Notes: generated from the sequence alone by a model not told the origin. DNA of 63,217 bases, filler included, from Folioceros fuciformis (GCA_049999805.1; 20 parts of 20 records of this genome joined end to end with filler, not necessarily neighbours in it), one strand, 5' to 3'; positions 34,815 to 47,552 are shown, counted from the whole stretch's first letter. Numbers and translations are program-made.

Positions 34815-36375
34815 ATGGCGATGGCGTCCGCGGCTGGCTTCGCTGCGATGACCATGGCGTTCCCGCCTTGCTCTGTGCGTTCCTTGTCCGCTTCCGCTTC
34901 CTGCTCTTGCCGCGAAGCTTCAGCCAGATCGGGCGGCTTTAGAGACGACGCGTTTCCATCCTGCCTACCGAGAGGAAGGCTTTCGAATGCGAGCGTGGAT
35001 GTGAGAAACCGGTTTGCTGCCCCAAGTGTGCTGTGTCATTTGCAATTGGGCCGAGCAGCTCTGTTTTTTGCTTGGGTTTCGTGTCAGTCCGCGTCCTTCT
35101 TGCTTGTCCACCTGCGTTGCAGCATGTCCGAATGAGGTCTTGTGAATTCTGAGGGTTCCTGTAATCTGAGATCTCCTGTACTGAATTATCTTGGTTTTTT
35201 ATGTAGTGGTTGTCTGTGATGTAGTGGCGCACATTCAAGCTTCGGAATCCCGCTTCCTTTTGCTCAACCGGGAAGAGGTCCAGAAGGCTTGTGACCAGAG
35301 CTGCAGCCAAGGAGTCATTGTATGACACTTTAGGTGTGTCAGCAACCGCAACTGAAAAGGAAATCAAGCAGGCTTACAGGAGACTGGCCCTCAAGTTCCA
35401 TCCAGACGTCAATAAGGCTGTATGTGCCTTACCCGCTTGTGCTAATGTCTGTGCTGCTTCTGAGCTGGGAGTAAGTCATACCACGTGTGAGGCAATTGCA
35501 GCCTAATGCTCAGGAGAAGTTTCTGGAGATAAAGAAAGCGTACCAGACTTTGGTTGATACTCAAAGTCGGGCAAAGTATGATGCTAGTAGGCAACCTTCT
35601 TCTTCCACCTGGGAACCCTTCAACTGGGGTCGGGACAGCCAATCGCAACGCAAGCCTCCACAAGAGGAGGAGTTTTATGGGCTGGGTACGTTGGTTCGAG
35701 AATGGTATTAGGAGCTTGTAGCTTCACCGATCATTTTTTTGGCTTGGAGTGTTGGAGACCTTGCATGTCCTTTCTTCAGCTCAAACTGCCTCCTTCCATT
35801 TGAGAGTTGAATGTTGGGGAGTAAAGTCGAGTGTTTTATGCTGGTTTGGGATGACGCAGGAGAGTTTTTCAGTGATCTGCAAACGTTCCTCGGTAGTATC
35901 GTATACCTTTTAGGCTATGGTGGTGCTGTCTGCAGGGGAGGGCCGCGTCTTCGGTTCTCTCATGGTAACCGGTGATCGGCGTTGACCCTTGCAGATGACT
36001 TCTTCAGAGATTTGCAGTCTGACTATCAAAAGAAGACTTCACAGGGGAAGCCCAAGAGTCTATGGGAGGAATTAGCGGTGAGTGTGGCACCATGCTTCTT
36101 GTTGTGATGCTTCCATTACATAGCCTTACGGCGAATCAGGTGTGCAGGACATAGGGGAAGAATTTGTTGAGTTTCTCGAGAAAGAACTGGACATCATCGA
36201 TGCCAACGGGAACTACAGAGAACCTTTCAAACCCAAAAAGCCGTATGACTTCGACCCGAACGACTGGACGCAGAGTGCCAAACAAGCTGGGGAGAGGGCG
36301 AAGAGCAAAGTGGAAGATGAGCTGTCAGACATCGAGGAGATGATGGCCAAATTGAAGAAAGAGCTAGGGTTGTGA
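34815..36375 (+). CDS. Plastid DnaJ (J-domain, type C) protein; exons 34815-35000, 35225-35419, 35502-35685, 35860-35892, 35995-36077, 36148-36375
   Basis: Transit-like exon 1; SLYDTLGVS...[19 protein letters not shown] (HPD motif); [47 protein letters not shown]-terminus. Phases are consistent. Confidence 0.9.
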
Positions 36376-36635
36376 TGGGTGCGGATGTTGACACGAGGTG
36401 GCATGTCAAAGCAAGAGCTACCCGGCAATGCAATGCAATGACTGCTTCACCTGAAGCAAACCTCAAGAGGGCTATGTATAAGTTTGCTCTTGTACCATGG
36501 TAGTTGTTACCAAAACACAGGATACGGCAGCGAGGCACAATTCCGGATTCAAGGTTTGGGAATCTCTTAGATTAAATCTCATCACTTCTAATGTTATTTT
36601 TACCTTGGTACCGGATTTGTGTCGGATAGTGCATG

Positions 36636-37052
36636 TCAGTGGACAGTTTTTTCTTGACACCGAGACGCATCGAGCACCACCTTACCCCGCACACGCTTCT
36701 CTTGTAGAAGCCGATGCGCCAGTGCAGCATCCTCCAGAGGCATGATCTTGGCAACGGGAATCTTGAGCTTGCCCGCATCTGCAAGCCTGGCAATCTCGTC
36801 TAGAGCTTCTCCGTCAGTGCGCATCACAGTCCAGTAATACTCCACGCGGTGGGACTGCCGGTACTGCATCTGCTTCTGCAGCAGCTTGGCTGTCGCCGCG
36901 GCGCCCCCTCCAACCAGCCCGTACTGGTCCACCAGAGTCACTAGCTCCCCTTGCAGCGTCATGTAGCTCCCGCCCTTGCTAAGAAGATGGATGCCTGCTT
37001 CCTCCGTCTCTGGTCGCCCAACAGTGTCCAAAACTGCGTCAAATTTCTGCGG
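36636..37052 (-). CDS. NADPH:quinone oxidoreductase / RTN4IP1-like MDR-family protein, 3' portion only
   Basis: FDAVLDTVG, GGSYMTLQG, LDEIARLA..GKLKIPV....PLE.A..AH......RVRGKVVL. Confidence 0.85.
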   Translation of the reverse strand, partial: PQKFDAVLDTVGRPETEEAGIHLLSKGGSYMTLQGELVTLVDQYGLVGGGAAATAKLLQKQMQYRQSHRVEYYWTVMRTDGEALDEIARLADAGKLKIPVAKIMPLEDAALAHRLLQEKRVRGKVVLDASRCQEKTVH

Positions 37053-37599
37053 NNNNNNNNNNNNNNNNNNNNNNNNNNNNNNNNNNNNNNNNNNNNTTAA
37101 TTAATTAANNNNNNNNNNNNNNNNNNNNNNNNNNNNNNNNNNNNNNNNNNNNATTAGGGAATGATAATTTTTTTTAATGAAAAGAAACTTCTTTACTTTT
37201 CTCTAATTATGGAACTACTAGTTTTCTTTGAATTCAGAAGGTATCTATTTTAAAATATGAGTGAATTATATTTTTTCTATACAAAGAAACCTCCTTATTT
37301 TTCTTCATGCTATTAAAGATCCAAGATTATGAAACAATGTCATAAACCACATGATGCATAAACTATTTTTAAAAATGCTCATGTTTATTACTTCCTAGCG
37401 ATTTCTAGACAAGAGTAGCAAATATCATGGTTCGCATTAAGTAATAAGGAACCTGTATGAGGAACCTAATAAGGAACAGTATGGGCTGTAGACGTTGGCC
37501 AGCCAGCGCCCACAGGATTTCCTATGCTTAAAAGTCCATAGGTTGAGAGTATACGTGATCTAGTGGTATGTAACCATGCGGGCACTTTGAGAAACCTTT

Positions 37600-38861
37600 C
37601 TCTACAATAGGTGATACATATCGTGAACGTTGATGCTAGGCTTCACCATCGTTACCCCTTATCCAAGAAAATATTGTGAAGACCAACATGGGATATTGTA
37701 GTCAAGCGGAGCATGACTCTCAGCTCCTGCTATTACTCTAAAACTAGATGTATAAAAAGGAAGGACCAGCTTGCATGGTTTGGCACATAAGCTCAAAATA
37801 AGCATTCTAAGGCGTTTCTTACAAATCACCGACCATGCATGAAGAATATGTGTGATGAGAATGGTTGTTTTAGCCAGCAGTCTGACCTTGTTTTCCATTG
37901 TTCCATTTGACATCATCATCGACCTCAATACCAACATAACATACATTTGCCACCCTTCATGCATATTCCCCCCCTTGCAAATTTCTCATGTTGCTTCATT
38001 TGTAAAGTAGCCAGCAGCAAGTATATCACCCTCACTTATGTCAACACCATCAAGAACACAGCAGATCTACTGACCATAAGGCTGCCCGAGGTCACCCATG
38101 AATGACATGTGTGAGGAATCGGCTTGGTGGCTAGAGAGATGTATTTGAGTGGATGAGGAGCTGATTAGTCAGCTCTAGGGGGAGCAGGATGAAGAAGCAA
38201 CAGCGTTGGTTGGAACCCTAGGCAAGCAAGTTCAGTTCTTCATTCTAACTTCTTAGCTCTGGCTGAAACAACTCCAATCTTGCATCTGGAGGGAGAGGTT
38301 ACTTCACTTCCATCTTGAATTCATCCAAGTTGAATAGGCCGCTATTGATATGTGAAGATTGGGTGTGGAGTGCCACATGCTTTGAGGAATCTTTCATGCT
38401 TTTGCACTTGGGAACTTCTACCATGTTGAGTTCCATCACCTTGTCACAACAATGATGATGCTACTCCAAAGCTGAAGAAGCCACTAGAATGCTAAAAGGA
38501 TGCTTAGGACCAATTATATGCAAGCATTAGACATCGAAGCCATCTTCAACTTGAAGCTCAGTCTCACAGCTCCCAGTTTGCAACAAGGGGGAGTGTTGAA
38601 GCACTCGCGTTGATGTAACGTGAGCCTAGTAGTTTAGGGCACTTTAAGCAATCGAATCTAAGGTAGATTAGTTTAAGTGGTTTAAGTAGTTTTACGTATA
38701 TGGTTATTATGAAAGGTTATTAGGCTAAAAAATAGTTATAATCATGATATGCATTGGTATAAATATATTTTATCATCAATATAATTTACAATCTTTTTGT
38801 TCAATTTTGCCTCTATTACACTACATATTGTTGCTATACCATAAATGTCTTGCCTTCAATG
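37600..38861. mobile_element. Decayed LTR retrotransposon remnants, Copia-like
   Basis: Polypurine tract aagggggag (38585-38593) directly followed by tgttgaag, the typical start of a Copia 3' LTR; a second PPT-like tract on the - strand near 37965; only broken ORFs. Confidence 0.5.
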
Positions 38862-38980
38862 ATTTATGCCATTGAGAAAACAAGACGGAAAAATCCGTCT
38901 ATCTCTAAAGAGGAGATAAATCATAATAAGAATACTAAGGCTAACCCCATGAAGCTTAATGACTACCGAAAGCAGGAGAA

Positions 38981-39142
38981 AGGGCTACCTATCACTAGGT
39001 TGCTGACTCCACATCTCCTAAGGGCTACCTAGCAACCCAGAGGGCTACCTAGCAACCTAGAGGGCTTACCTAGCAACCCAGAGGGCTTACCTAGCAACCC
39101 AGAGGGCTACCTATCACGGGGTTGCTGACTCCGCGTCTCCTG
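38981..39142. repeat. 20/21-bp tandem repeat (about 4 copies) flanked by a duplicated ~40-bp unit
   Basis: agggct(t)acctagcaacc(c/t)ag repeated; agggctacctatcac..ggttgctgactcc.c.tctcct occurs at both ends. Confidence 0.85.
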
Positions 39143-39725
39143 CCAATATTGTGGCCCTGTTGCTTGCCTTGGCTAAGGAAACGCAATAAGGATTTTTAGG
39201 GTTTAGGGTTTAGATAAAGTAAGTATCTAGACGACAAAGTATGCTCCGATTATGGGTATCAACGTATTTCAAAGTCTGCTGCGATTTTGGCCAAGAAATC
39301 CATGTCCCACCCACGAGGCTGATTTCTTACATCCACCATGTTCTCGCCCCTCTCTAGGGTCTCAACTTGGGATCGAGCTCCCGACGTTCGCTGGGAACGA
39401 AGGGGTGAACTAATTGTACAGCTTTCCCGCTGGGTCCGGACACTCCAGGGCACACAATTGCGTTTTCATCGACTTTTTCGCAGGATAAGAAAATACCTTC
39501 GTGATCTCGAACAGTCTTGGATAAGAGCGTCTGACATCCTTTCAAGATACCAGGTCGGTGTAAGATTTGGTAAGCCTACACCACTTGACTGAAAAATATA
39601 CACTCGCGCAATAGGTAACCTGTCACTAACTAGCAAGAAAGAGTTCGCCGCGATCCGGGCCAGAGGATTGGCAGGGTGTGCCAACCAGAAAACTTTACAG
39701 CGATTGTACAAAGGCGGGATGGAGG

Positions 39726-40484
39726 TCACTCAATCTCCTTGAGAGCTTCTTTGGCGAGCTGGTTGACGTAGCCCGCAGCAGCAACGGTGGCGAGGAGGCC
39801 GAGCCCCAGGATCCAGGCGTTCTCGGGGCCCTCGGGGATCAAGCTCTCGGCTTCTTGCTGGATAAAGGCCTTGCCGACAGCACCTGCACTGACGTAGGCC
39901 CAGGTGCCCGGGAGCATGCCCAGCCAGCTTCCCAGCACGTAGGGCACCAGCTGCACGGAGGTAAGCCCGTAGAGGTAGTTCCCCAGGGCGAAGGGAAGCA
40001 GCGGGCTGAGCCTGAGGATGGTGACGATCTTGAACCCGTCCCTGCCGATGGCCCGGTCGATGGCCAGAAACTTCTTATTGTCCTTAGCCATCTCCAAGAT
40101 GCGGTCTCTGATGAGGTACCTGGCGATGAGGAAGGAGGCGGTGGCGGCCATGGTCCCCGCCACCGAAACCAGAACGGTTCCGGTCACGCTACCGAAAAGC
40201 AGGCCCGCGGACATGGTGAGCGGGATAGCCGGCACCGCAAGGATCTCGAGCCCTGTGTACGCCACCACGAAAAGTGCGTACCCCGCCGGTCCGTACCCGT
40301 CCAGAATCTCCGAGAACTGCAGCAAAGCTACGTTGATCTGCTCCTTGTAAAGAAACCCCAGAGCGCCGAATCCCCCGAGCACGCCGGCTAGCAGCACAAG
40401 TCCTACCATGGTGCCTCCTACCATCCCAGTCCCTTGCTGCTCCTGCTGCTGCTCTTCCAACCCCTTCTCCTTCTCCTCCTCCTC
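39726..40484 (-). CDS. TVP38/TMEM64 (DedA/SNARE-associated) membrane protein, 5'-truncated, intronless in the visible part
   Basis: YGPAGYALFV..Y.GLEILA.PAIPLTMSAGLLFG; FLAIDRAIG.DGFKIV.ILRLSPLLPF.LGNYLYGLT; GSWLGMLPGTWAYVSAG. Confidence 0.92.
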   Translation of the reverse strand, partial: EEEEKEKGLEEQQQEQQGTGMVGGTMVGLVLLAGVLGGFGALGFLYKEQINVALLQFSEILDGYGPAGYALFVVAYTGLEILAVPAIPLTMSAGLLFGSVTGTVLVSVAGTMAATASFLIARYLIRDRILEMAKDNKKFLAIDRAIGRDGFKIVTILRLSPLLPFALGNYLYGLTSVQLVPYVLGSWLGMLPGTWAYVSAGAVGKAFIQQEAESLIPEGPENAWILGLGLLATVAAAGYVNQLAKEALKEIE

Positions 40485-40858
40485 NNNNNNNNNNNNNNNN
40501 NNNNNNNNNNNNNNNNNNNNNNNNNNNNTTAATTAATTAANNNNNNNNNNNNNNNNNNNNNNNNNNNNNNNNNNNNNNNNNNNNAGGTTGTGAACGGGGG
40601 GACGGGGCTGCTGCTGCACTGCATGCATGCAGCGGCGCCGGTGACGGAGGTTGTGGTGCACAGTCCGTGAGGGTTTCTTGCAAGAAGCCGGGGTTTGTGC
40701 ACGCAACGCAACTGTTCGGCCATCTGCCGCGGTTTTCTAACATCTGTTCAAGTTTCAGGGGAGCCTCATCGGGGAAGGAGGAGGTGTCGGTGTGGTCGTC
40801 TTGGTTTGCTTGCTTGCTTGCCCGCGGGCCAGTTCGTATCCCGAGCGAGCGAAGAAGC

Positions 40859-41404
40859 ATGGCTCAGGAGAGTTGGAAGCGTGACCAGGAAGAGACAGGT
40901 TGCCAGCCCCCGGAAGGGCCTGTGTTGTGCGCTAACAACTGCGGCTTCTTTGGGAGTACCACGACCATGAATTTCTGCTCCAAGTGCTACAAAAACCACA
41001 TATTGAAGCACAAGGCTCCTGCTCCCAAGGTGACCGTGGTGGAGAAGAGCGTGGTAGGCGCCACGCAGCACGGCGACCTCCTCATAGCGAGGGCAGATCA
41101 GGCGGAGCGACAGTTGCAACCAGAGGTGCCGGTGGTGGTGCCAGTTGCCAGCGCGTCTGTGGATGGAGCCGGCTCCTCGGTGGCCGGGCCTTCTCAACCT
41201 CAACAGCCCCAGCCTAACCGTTGCTTCTCGTGCAAGAAGCGGGTGGGTCTGACAGGCTTCAAGTGCCGCTGCGGCAACACCTTCTGCTCCTTGCATCGGT
41301 ACTCCGATAAGCACAGTTGCTCTTTCGACTACAAGACGGCTGGCCGAGATGCCATAGCCAAAGCGAACCCCGTGGTGAAGGCCGACAAGATTGACAAGAT
41401 TTGA
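40859..41404 (+). CDS. A20/AN1 zinc-finger stress-associated protein (SAP)
   Basis: A20 finger LCANNCGFFGS..TMNFCSKCY; AN1 finger RCFSCKKRVGLTGFKCRCGNTFCSLHRYSDKH.C.FDYK; ends KADKIDKI. Confidence 0.96.
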   Translation: MAQESWKRDQEETGCQPPEGPVLCANNCGFFGSTTTMNFCSKCYKNHILKHKAPAPKVTVVEKSVVGATQHGDLLIARADQAERQLQPEVPVVVPVASASVDGAGSSVAGPSQPQQPQPNRCFSCKKRVGLTGFKCRCGNTFCSLHRYSDKHSCSFDYKTAGRDAIAKANPVVKADKIDKI

Positions 41405-44400
41405 CCTCGCCCTCTGATAGCTTCTGTAACTTCTCTATAGGTAGGCTTAGTACTTCACCAGATGAAGCTGCTGTTGGAGGTGAGGCGACTTAAAAATTTT
41501 AAGGGGACCAATTCATTAGGTTTGTTAGATGCTATTCCTGGTTCCTTAAGCACTCAAGATGGGAAACTCATGCTAGTTTTTCTCTGCTTCTTACAATGTT
41601 GCTGTTCCTGCATCGTGACGTAGGTTGAAAGTTGTGATGTGTAAGTATCCGTAATCCACGATTTTTTGGTGGGCCTTGTACAGCACCTATGACCCCGTTT
41701 ATGAGATCATGAATATCTCTCTTCAGGGATTTTTCAGAACTTTGTGTGTATGTGGACTACTACATCTTGCTTCCTCCTCCCTCCACTGCTACATGTTATG
41801 CCAGACTACACTGGCCCCGTCGTTGCATCACCACCAGGCTCCCGACACTGAGTGAGATAAAAGTGCAACACAACACTTGGTTCGAAGGTTGTGCAGTTGT
41901 GCTTTTGCAGGCAGTCACAGAGCAGTACCTGTGAGTCCTTGAAACTGTGTCACCCACGTCCGATTGACACTTTGTGCACATGAGATGAGCCGTCTGAACG
42001 ATGTGTGCGTTTGGTGTGTGGCTTTTTTTTTGCCCTATCAGGTGGATGGTGGGCACACATGTGTATACACACATATATGTTCCTTAATTGAGTGCTCAGG
42101 AAGTGGGTTTGGTTTCGCTCTGTGTGTGCTAGTGCGTCAAGGAGATGCCGTACCCCCACAAGTCACGGGGATTATATGTGGCTCCTGCTGCTCCTCTGCC
42201 ATGATTGAGACTCCGAAACAGGGAAGCAATTTGCACTCAACCTGTCCTGTCCTGTCCTGTCCTGTGCTTGTGTTTGTGCTGGTGCGGATGGTGTTCTGGG
42301 GAAGGGAGAGCGTGTGCTCTCAAGCAATGTGGTGTCTTGGCCTTGAAGCTAGGCCGGGGCTCTTTCCCAAGTGCGTGTCGTGGATGTTGGAAATGCTGTG
42401 TGCGGTTGCGGGACTTGCTCATGGAACTGGTTACGAAATTTGGCTCCCGCTTCCTGCCTCACAATAGTGATAGTAATACAAATGAGCTGGGTTTGCTGGT
42501 GGGTTGGGCCGAGCGCAAGCCTTAATTGTTTGGGGGATTGCTACCCGTTCGGTTGCAAAAGACATTTCCCATTCCAGTCCAGTCACGAAGAGGAGTGAAA
42601 CCCGCCAGTGCCAGTTCCGCAATGTCAGTGCAGTCCTGTCCAAGTCCAGAGCAGTGGCCAGTGGTCAGTCAGTCACGACTCATTACACCCCGGCATACAG
42701 CCAACCGTGGCGCTGCTCGGCGAACTGTCCGCCGCGGGTGTTCACTCACAGCCTTGATGATGGGCATTGACAGCGGCACCGGCAGCGGCAGCGGCACCCA
42801 TCCCCAAGAGCCCCCCGGTACAGTACCAAGGAAGGCCAGAGCAGCCCCAGGCGAGCAGGCGGGACTGTCAGGCAAGGGCCCCAGAGGAAGGGGAAGAGGA
42901 AGGAATGTATGTACACATGCGGGGGTGGGCAGGGCCTTGCACTGTACGCCAGGCCCAGCCAATGAGCAGCGCCGAACACTGCCTTTCCTTTTCCGCAAGA
43001 GACAGCCANNNNNNNNNNNNNNNNNNNNNNNNNNNNNNNNNNNNNNNNNNNNTTAATTAATTAANNNNNNNNNNNNNNNNNNNNNNNNNNNNNNNNNNNN
43101 NNNNNNNNGGCTGAGGCTAAGGCTAAGGCCGCGGCAGCGCGTGCGCTCTCGGCGAGGGAAACGGCGACGGCGAGGCGCGACGCAGCGAAAGGAGGCGAAG
43201 GGCGAGATCGCGATGCAGCAGCAGCGGAACGCCTGCCGCTCCCGAGCTCCGTGCGAGGGTAGTGGTCGAGGGGTCGACGTCGAGTTCGCAAAGCCCGAGC
43301 TCGAGCCCGACCTAGTTAGCGACCGGAGCCGGAGGTTGACCGTGACCAAGTAGGGCGCGATCAGGCAGAACCGAGCAAATTAAATTGACGATCGTCACGA
43401 CTCGCCACACTGTCTGGCGCGCGTTTCGTCTCTTCCTGTGCATGTGCCGGTTGCCTAGTTGCGTGAGGGCCATGGCCGGGCAAGGAACGACGAGACGAAG
43501 CTTCATGCGCCGTGACTCCGGGCGGCTGACAGTGCCCACTGTGGGCAGGCGCACTCACCATAGGTTGATGGCAGTATCACTCAAGGCTGCTGCTATTGGT
43601 GCCTGTTGTCATCCACTTGTACTGTGGAGATTCCCGAGGCACACCTTGCGCCATCGCACACAGCTTGCGCACCAACGTCACTGCCTCTTCGGACCATTCG
43701 TCGGACCAGCGCCATGGAGACTCCACTACGCGGGTTTGGCGAAGACGAATGCGCAAGCGAAGGCCCAGTCGAAGGCACGCAAAACGGAAAACCCTTCCAC
43801 ACAAGGCCCACCTTCACATCTTCCTCAGTGCCGTCGGTTTCTTGGGCTTAGCACTGGACACATGGACAACTGAAGAACAAAATCCGTACACGCCTCTCAA
43901 ATGAGAAAGATTTGAAAGAGATAATATATAAAATCATTTTATAATTAAGAATAAAGTAAAGCCGTAAATAAAGTAATTCTCATGTAAAATAATTCCAAGA
44001 AACAGCATAAGATAATGTCGTAAGAATATTGGGGACTTCCAAGGGATGGTATCCTACATGTGCATCCTTCCTTCATTACACAAAACACTTGTTTGAATGA
44101 GGTAAAAAATAGGGAAGCTCCCTTTGGGATCAAATAAAATATTGTTTGATATTTAATGTAATTTCAATCAGATTTTAAGGTGATAAGATTCATAAGCTAT
44201 GTACTAAGATCCATAAGATGAATTTGGCCAAATATGAGCTCCAAATTCATAGTCAACCACTACTACATTCTAAGGCCATTTGTGACGAGTGGGTATGTCT
44301 TCAGCCTAGACATCATCGTAAAATAATGACAAAAAGGACTGCAGTAAGCTGTCATTGAATGTTTATGACAAAGCGGAATTGCACCATTTTTTCGTGATAC

Positions 44401-44979
44401 AGGTAACTTAGTTGACCAAGGTTAGGTACTGCAATTGCACAAACCACGTCTCGGAGGCTGTTTCCGTTCGCATGTCCCATTTCCGTTCACGTGTGCTGTT
44501 CTCGTATGAACTGACATGTTCATGTTTAGGACCCAATTGGTTCACTCTCTGACTTTAGAAGTCCGATAAGCTAACGTGGCCACCCTAGGGTATTGGACAA
44601 GAGANNNNNNNNNNNNNNNNNNNNNNNNNNNNNNNNNNNNNNNNNNNNTTAATTAATTAANNNNNNNNNNNNNNNNNNNNNNNNNNNNNNNNNNNNNNNN
44701 NNNNCCCGCTGCCCTGCTCCTGTCCTGATTTCTTTCCCCTTTCTCTCGCCTCGGCGCTGCTGATCTAGCGCCATCGCGGCGCCATCGATACGTATACCAT
44801 ATACGTACCCCCGTATTCCTTTTCTTTTTATTTTCCTAATTTCCCCTTTTCTATTTTCTTCCCTATTTTTCTGGATTTAATTCCAAAAATTCCATTTCAA
44901 CTCCGTTTCACCTGCTTTCTTTTCCTCTTAGTTCAGGACCTTCCCCAGCACGCTAGGGTCAGTCTTCCCATGGCCGAGG

Positions 44980-46858
44980 AACCATTTCGGCTGGGAGCTG
45001 ATCCCGCTGAATAAGCTACCGTTTTCAGGCCAGGTTCCGGCTGCTGATCCCACTCCTTCCCACCTCTTCTCTATCTTTCCCATTGCTCATGCTCCTCCCC
45101 TAGAGGCTGGCTCAGCCACCAAGGGTGAACAGTTGCAGGGGAAGACTTAGCGGGCGACCATCCAGCAAGGAAGAGGCGGCGTCTGCAGACCTTTGAAGAT
45201 CAGACATCCACCGAAGTCTCTGGATAGTCTAAGAGGTGGTAGATCCTTGTGGTGGTAGGGCCAGCAGCTCATTGGTGGCAGGTTGTGCTAGAAGTCTAAA
45301 TAAGTGGCTGGTGACAGCCGGCTAGGCTATTAAAATAATATTTCTCAAGTTAGAGAGAGGTGAAGTCAGAGAGAGAGAGAGGCTCCTATAAGATCAGGTG
45401 AGCCTGTAGGAGGAGGGAGTCATTCACTTTGGGAGTCAGTCTATCTCTTTGTGAGCTCTTGGAGTTCCTCTCTTCCTGAGCTCTTGTGGTTTGTCCCTGC
45501 TTGGTTTAGGACCTGCAGTGTGTTGCCGGCTGTGCAACGTCTGGTAGGATCGCAAGCCGTGTGTTGCCGGCTGTACAGTGTGTGGAGGCAAAACCCCGGG
45601 CACTGATTGCCGACAGGTTCCACCTTTAGTGGCCACACTTATCCCACTGTCGTTGAGACATTGGGTTTCGTTCCCACGAAGGAGCGATGGGGTTCCTTGC
45701 TGCTGTGGATGGAGGGTCGGACTTGATCGACTCGATGACGGATTCGAGGGCTCCCCTCCAGCTCCGATCAGGCGTAGGACAGGCCTCGCTGTCCGGCGGT
45801 CAGCTGCACCTCTCTCGGTGCCCACAAACTCACTCCAGTCACTACAACGACTCTAACCTCTCAGATCTGCGTCTTCCCTCACACACCTCACTCACTCTCT
45901 CACTCCAGCACCAACACCAACAACTACCAGCAACCAGCAACGACACCACTACCTTCTACACTTCCCTACTGACTCCTCCTACCCGGCAAGAGTCACTAAA
46001 CTAACCCCAAACAAAAGGAAGAAGGGAACACACTCCCCTCTTGGGTATCTCCTCCCCTACAACCTTACCAGACACCATGAGACATGGCCGGCCTACACCA
46101 CTTGACCAAGCAAGGAACAAGAGTGGACAGGTTGAGAGAAAGACACACCCTTTACAATCAAGAGCTAGGGGCAAGCCCCTACACCCTGGTCATTACACCT
46201 TGTGATCCTACCAGACACTATACAACCGGCAACACGCTGCCTGCGATCCTACCAGACACTGTACAGCCGGCAACACACGGCTTGCGATCCTACCAGACGT
46301 TGCACAGCCGGCAACACACTACAGGTCCTAAACCAAGTAGGGACAGACCACAAGAGCTCAAGAAGAGAGGACCTCCAAGAGCTCACAAAGAGATAGACTG
46401 GCTCCCAAAAGTGAATGACTCCTCCTTCCTACAGGCTCACCTGATCTTATAGGAGCCTCTCTCTCTCTCTGACTTCACCTCTCTCTAACTTGAGAAATAT
46501 TATTTTAATAGCCTATCCGGTTGTCACCAGCCACTTATTTAGACTTCTAGCACAACCTGCCACCAATGAGCTTCTGGCCCTACCACCACAAGGATCTACC
46601 ACCTCTTAGACTATCCACAGACTTCGGAGGATGTCCGATCTTCAAAGATCTGCGGACGCCGCCTCTTCCTTGCTGGATGGTCGCCCGCTAAGTCTTCCCC
46701 TGCAACTGTTCACCCTTGGTGGCTGAGCCAGCCTCTAGGGGAGGAGCATGAGCAATGGGAAAGATAGAGAAGAGGTGGGAAGGAGTGGGATCAGCAGCCG
46801 GAACCTAGCCCGAAAACGGTAGCTTATTCAGCGGGATCAGCTCCCAGCCGAAATGGTT
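44980..46858. repeat. Large inverted repeat with arms 44980-45581 and 46256-46858; right arm cut by the contig end
   Basis: aaccatttcggctgggagctgatcccgctgaataagc... is the reverse complement of the contig end. The match runs about 600 bp with scattered substitutions. Confidence 0.95.
45581..46197 (-). mobile_element. Solo-LTR-like element in the palindrome spacer
   Basis: TG...CA termini on the - strand (tgtaatgacc ... cctccaca); its terminal ~110 bp align with 57171-57270. Confidence 0.55.
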
Positions 46859-47550
46859 NNNNNNNNNNNNNNNNNNNNNNNNNNNNNNNNNNNNNNNNNN
46901 NNTTAATTAATTAANNNNNNNNNNNNNNNNNNNNNNNNNNNNNNNNNNNNNNNNNNNNGGGGGACGCCTATGTCACAGTGAGAGGGGGGGATGTGACCCA
47001 AACCAGGGCACCTGGACAATTGAAAACGGAGGCCCCTTCCAGCTACTGACTCGGGCTGCCCATCCACTGTCCCTGTCCCTGCCCCTGCCCACTTGCACTT
47101 GATGCCAGGAATCCCCGCTGATAATTGCACGGCATCGGAATCGGCATCGCCTGCGACCCGCTATCTGCCCGCTGCCCGTTGCCCGTCTCTCCACTCCACT
47201 CTCCCCTCGGCGGGATGGATCACGGAATGAAATGGAATGGAAAGGAAAAGCAACGGCAAGCCCAAGCCCAAGCCCCATCCCAATCCCAAGAGCACGTAGC
47301 GGATTGAGCATGGTGTGCTGGGGCCCGGACTCGTCAACTTGCAGGGCATGCGGCAGCCCGAAGATTGCACGCTGCAGCCTTATTCTGTGCAAGCAAATTC
47401 TGGAAATGGAGCCGGAAATCGGATGCTTCCTTCTCAATATAATGGGCAAGGATTTGACATTTGCGTGTCGTGTCTGGGGTGGGGCAGGATCGGGTGCTGT
47501 TGTGCACTACGCCACTCTACTGTACTTTCTGTGGGTGTGGGTGTGTTTCA

Positions 47551-47552
<2 letters not shown>

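Noticed and set aside
44575..44588. tagggtggcca (- strand) resembling a hAT-type terminal inverted repeat
   Set aside because: No partner TIR, TSD or transposase in the contig; too short to support.
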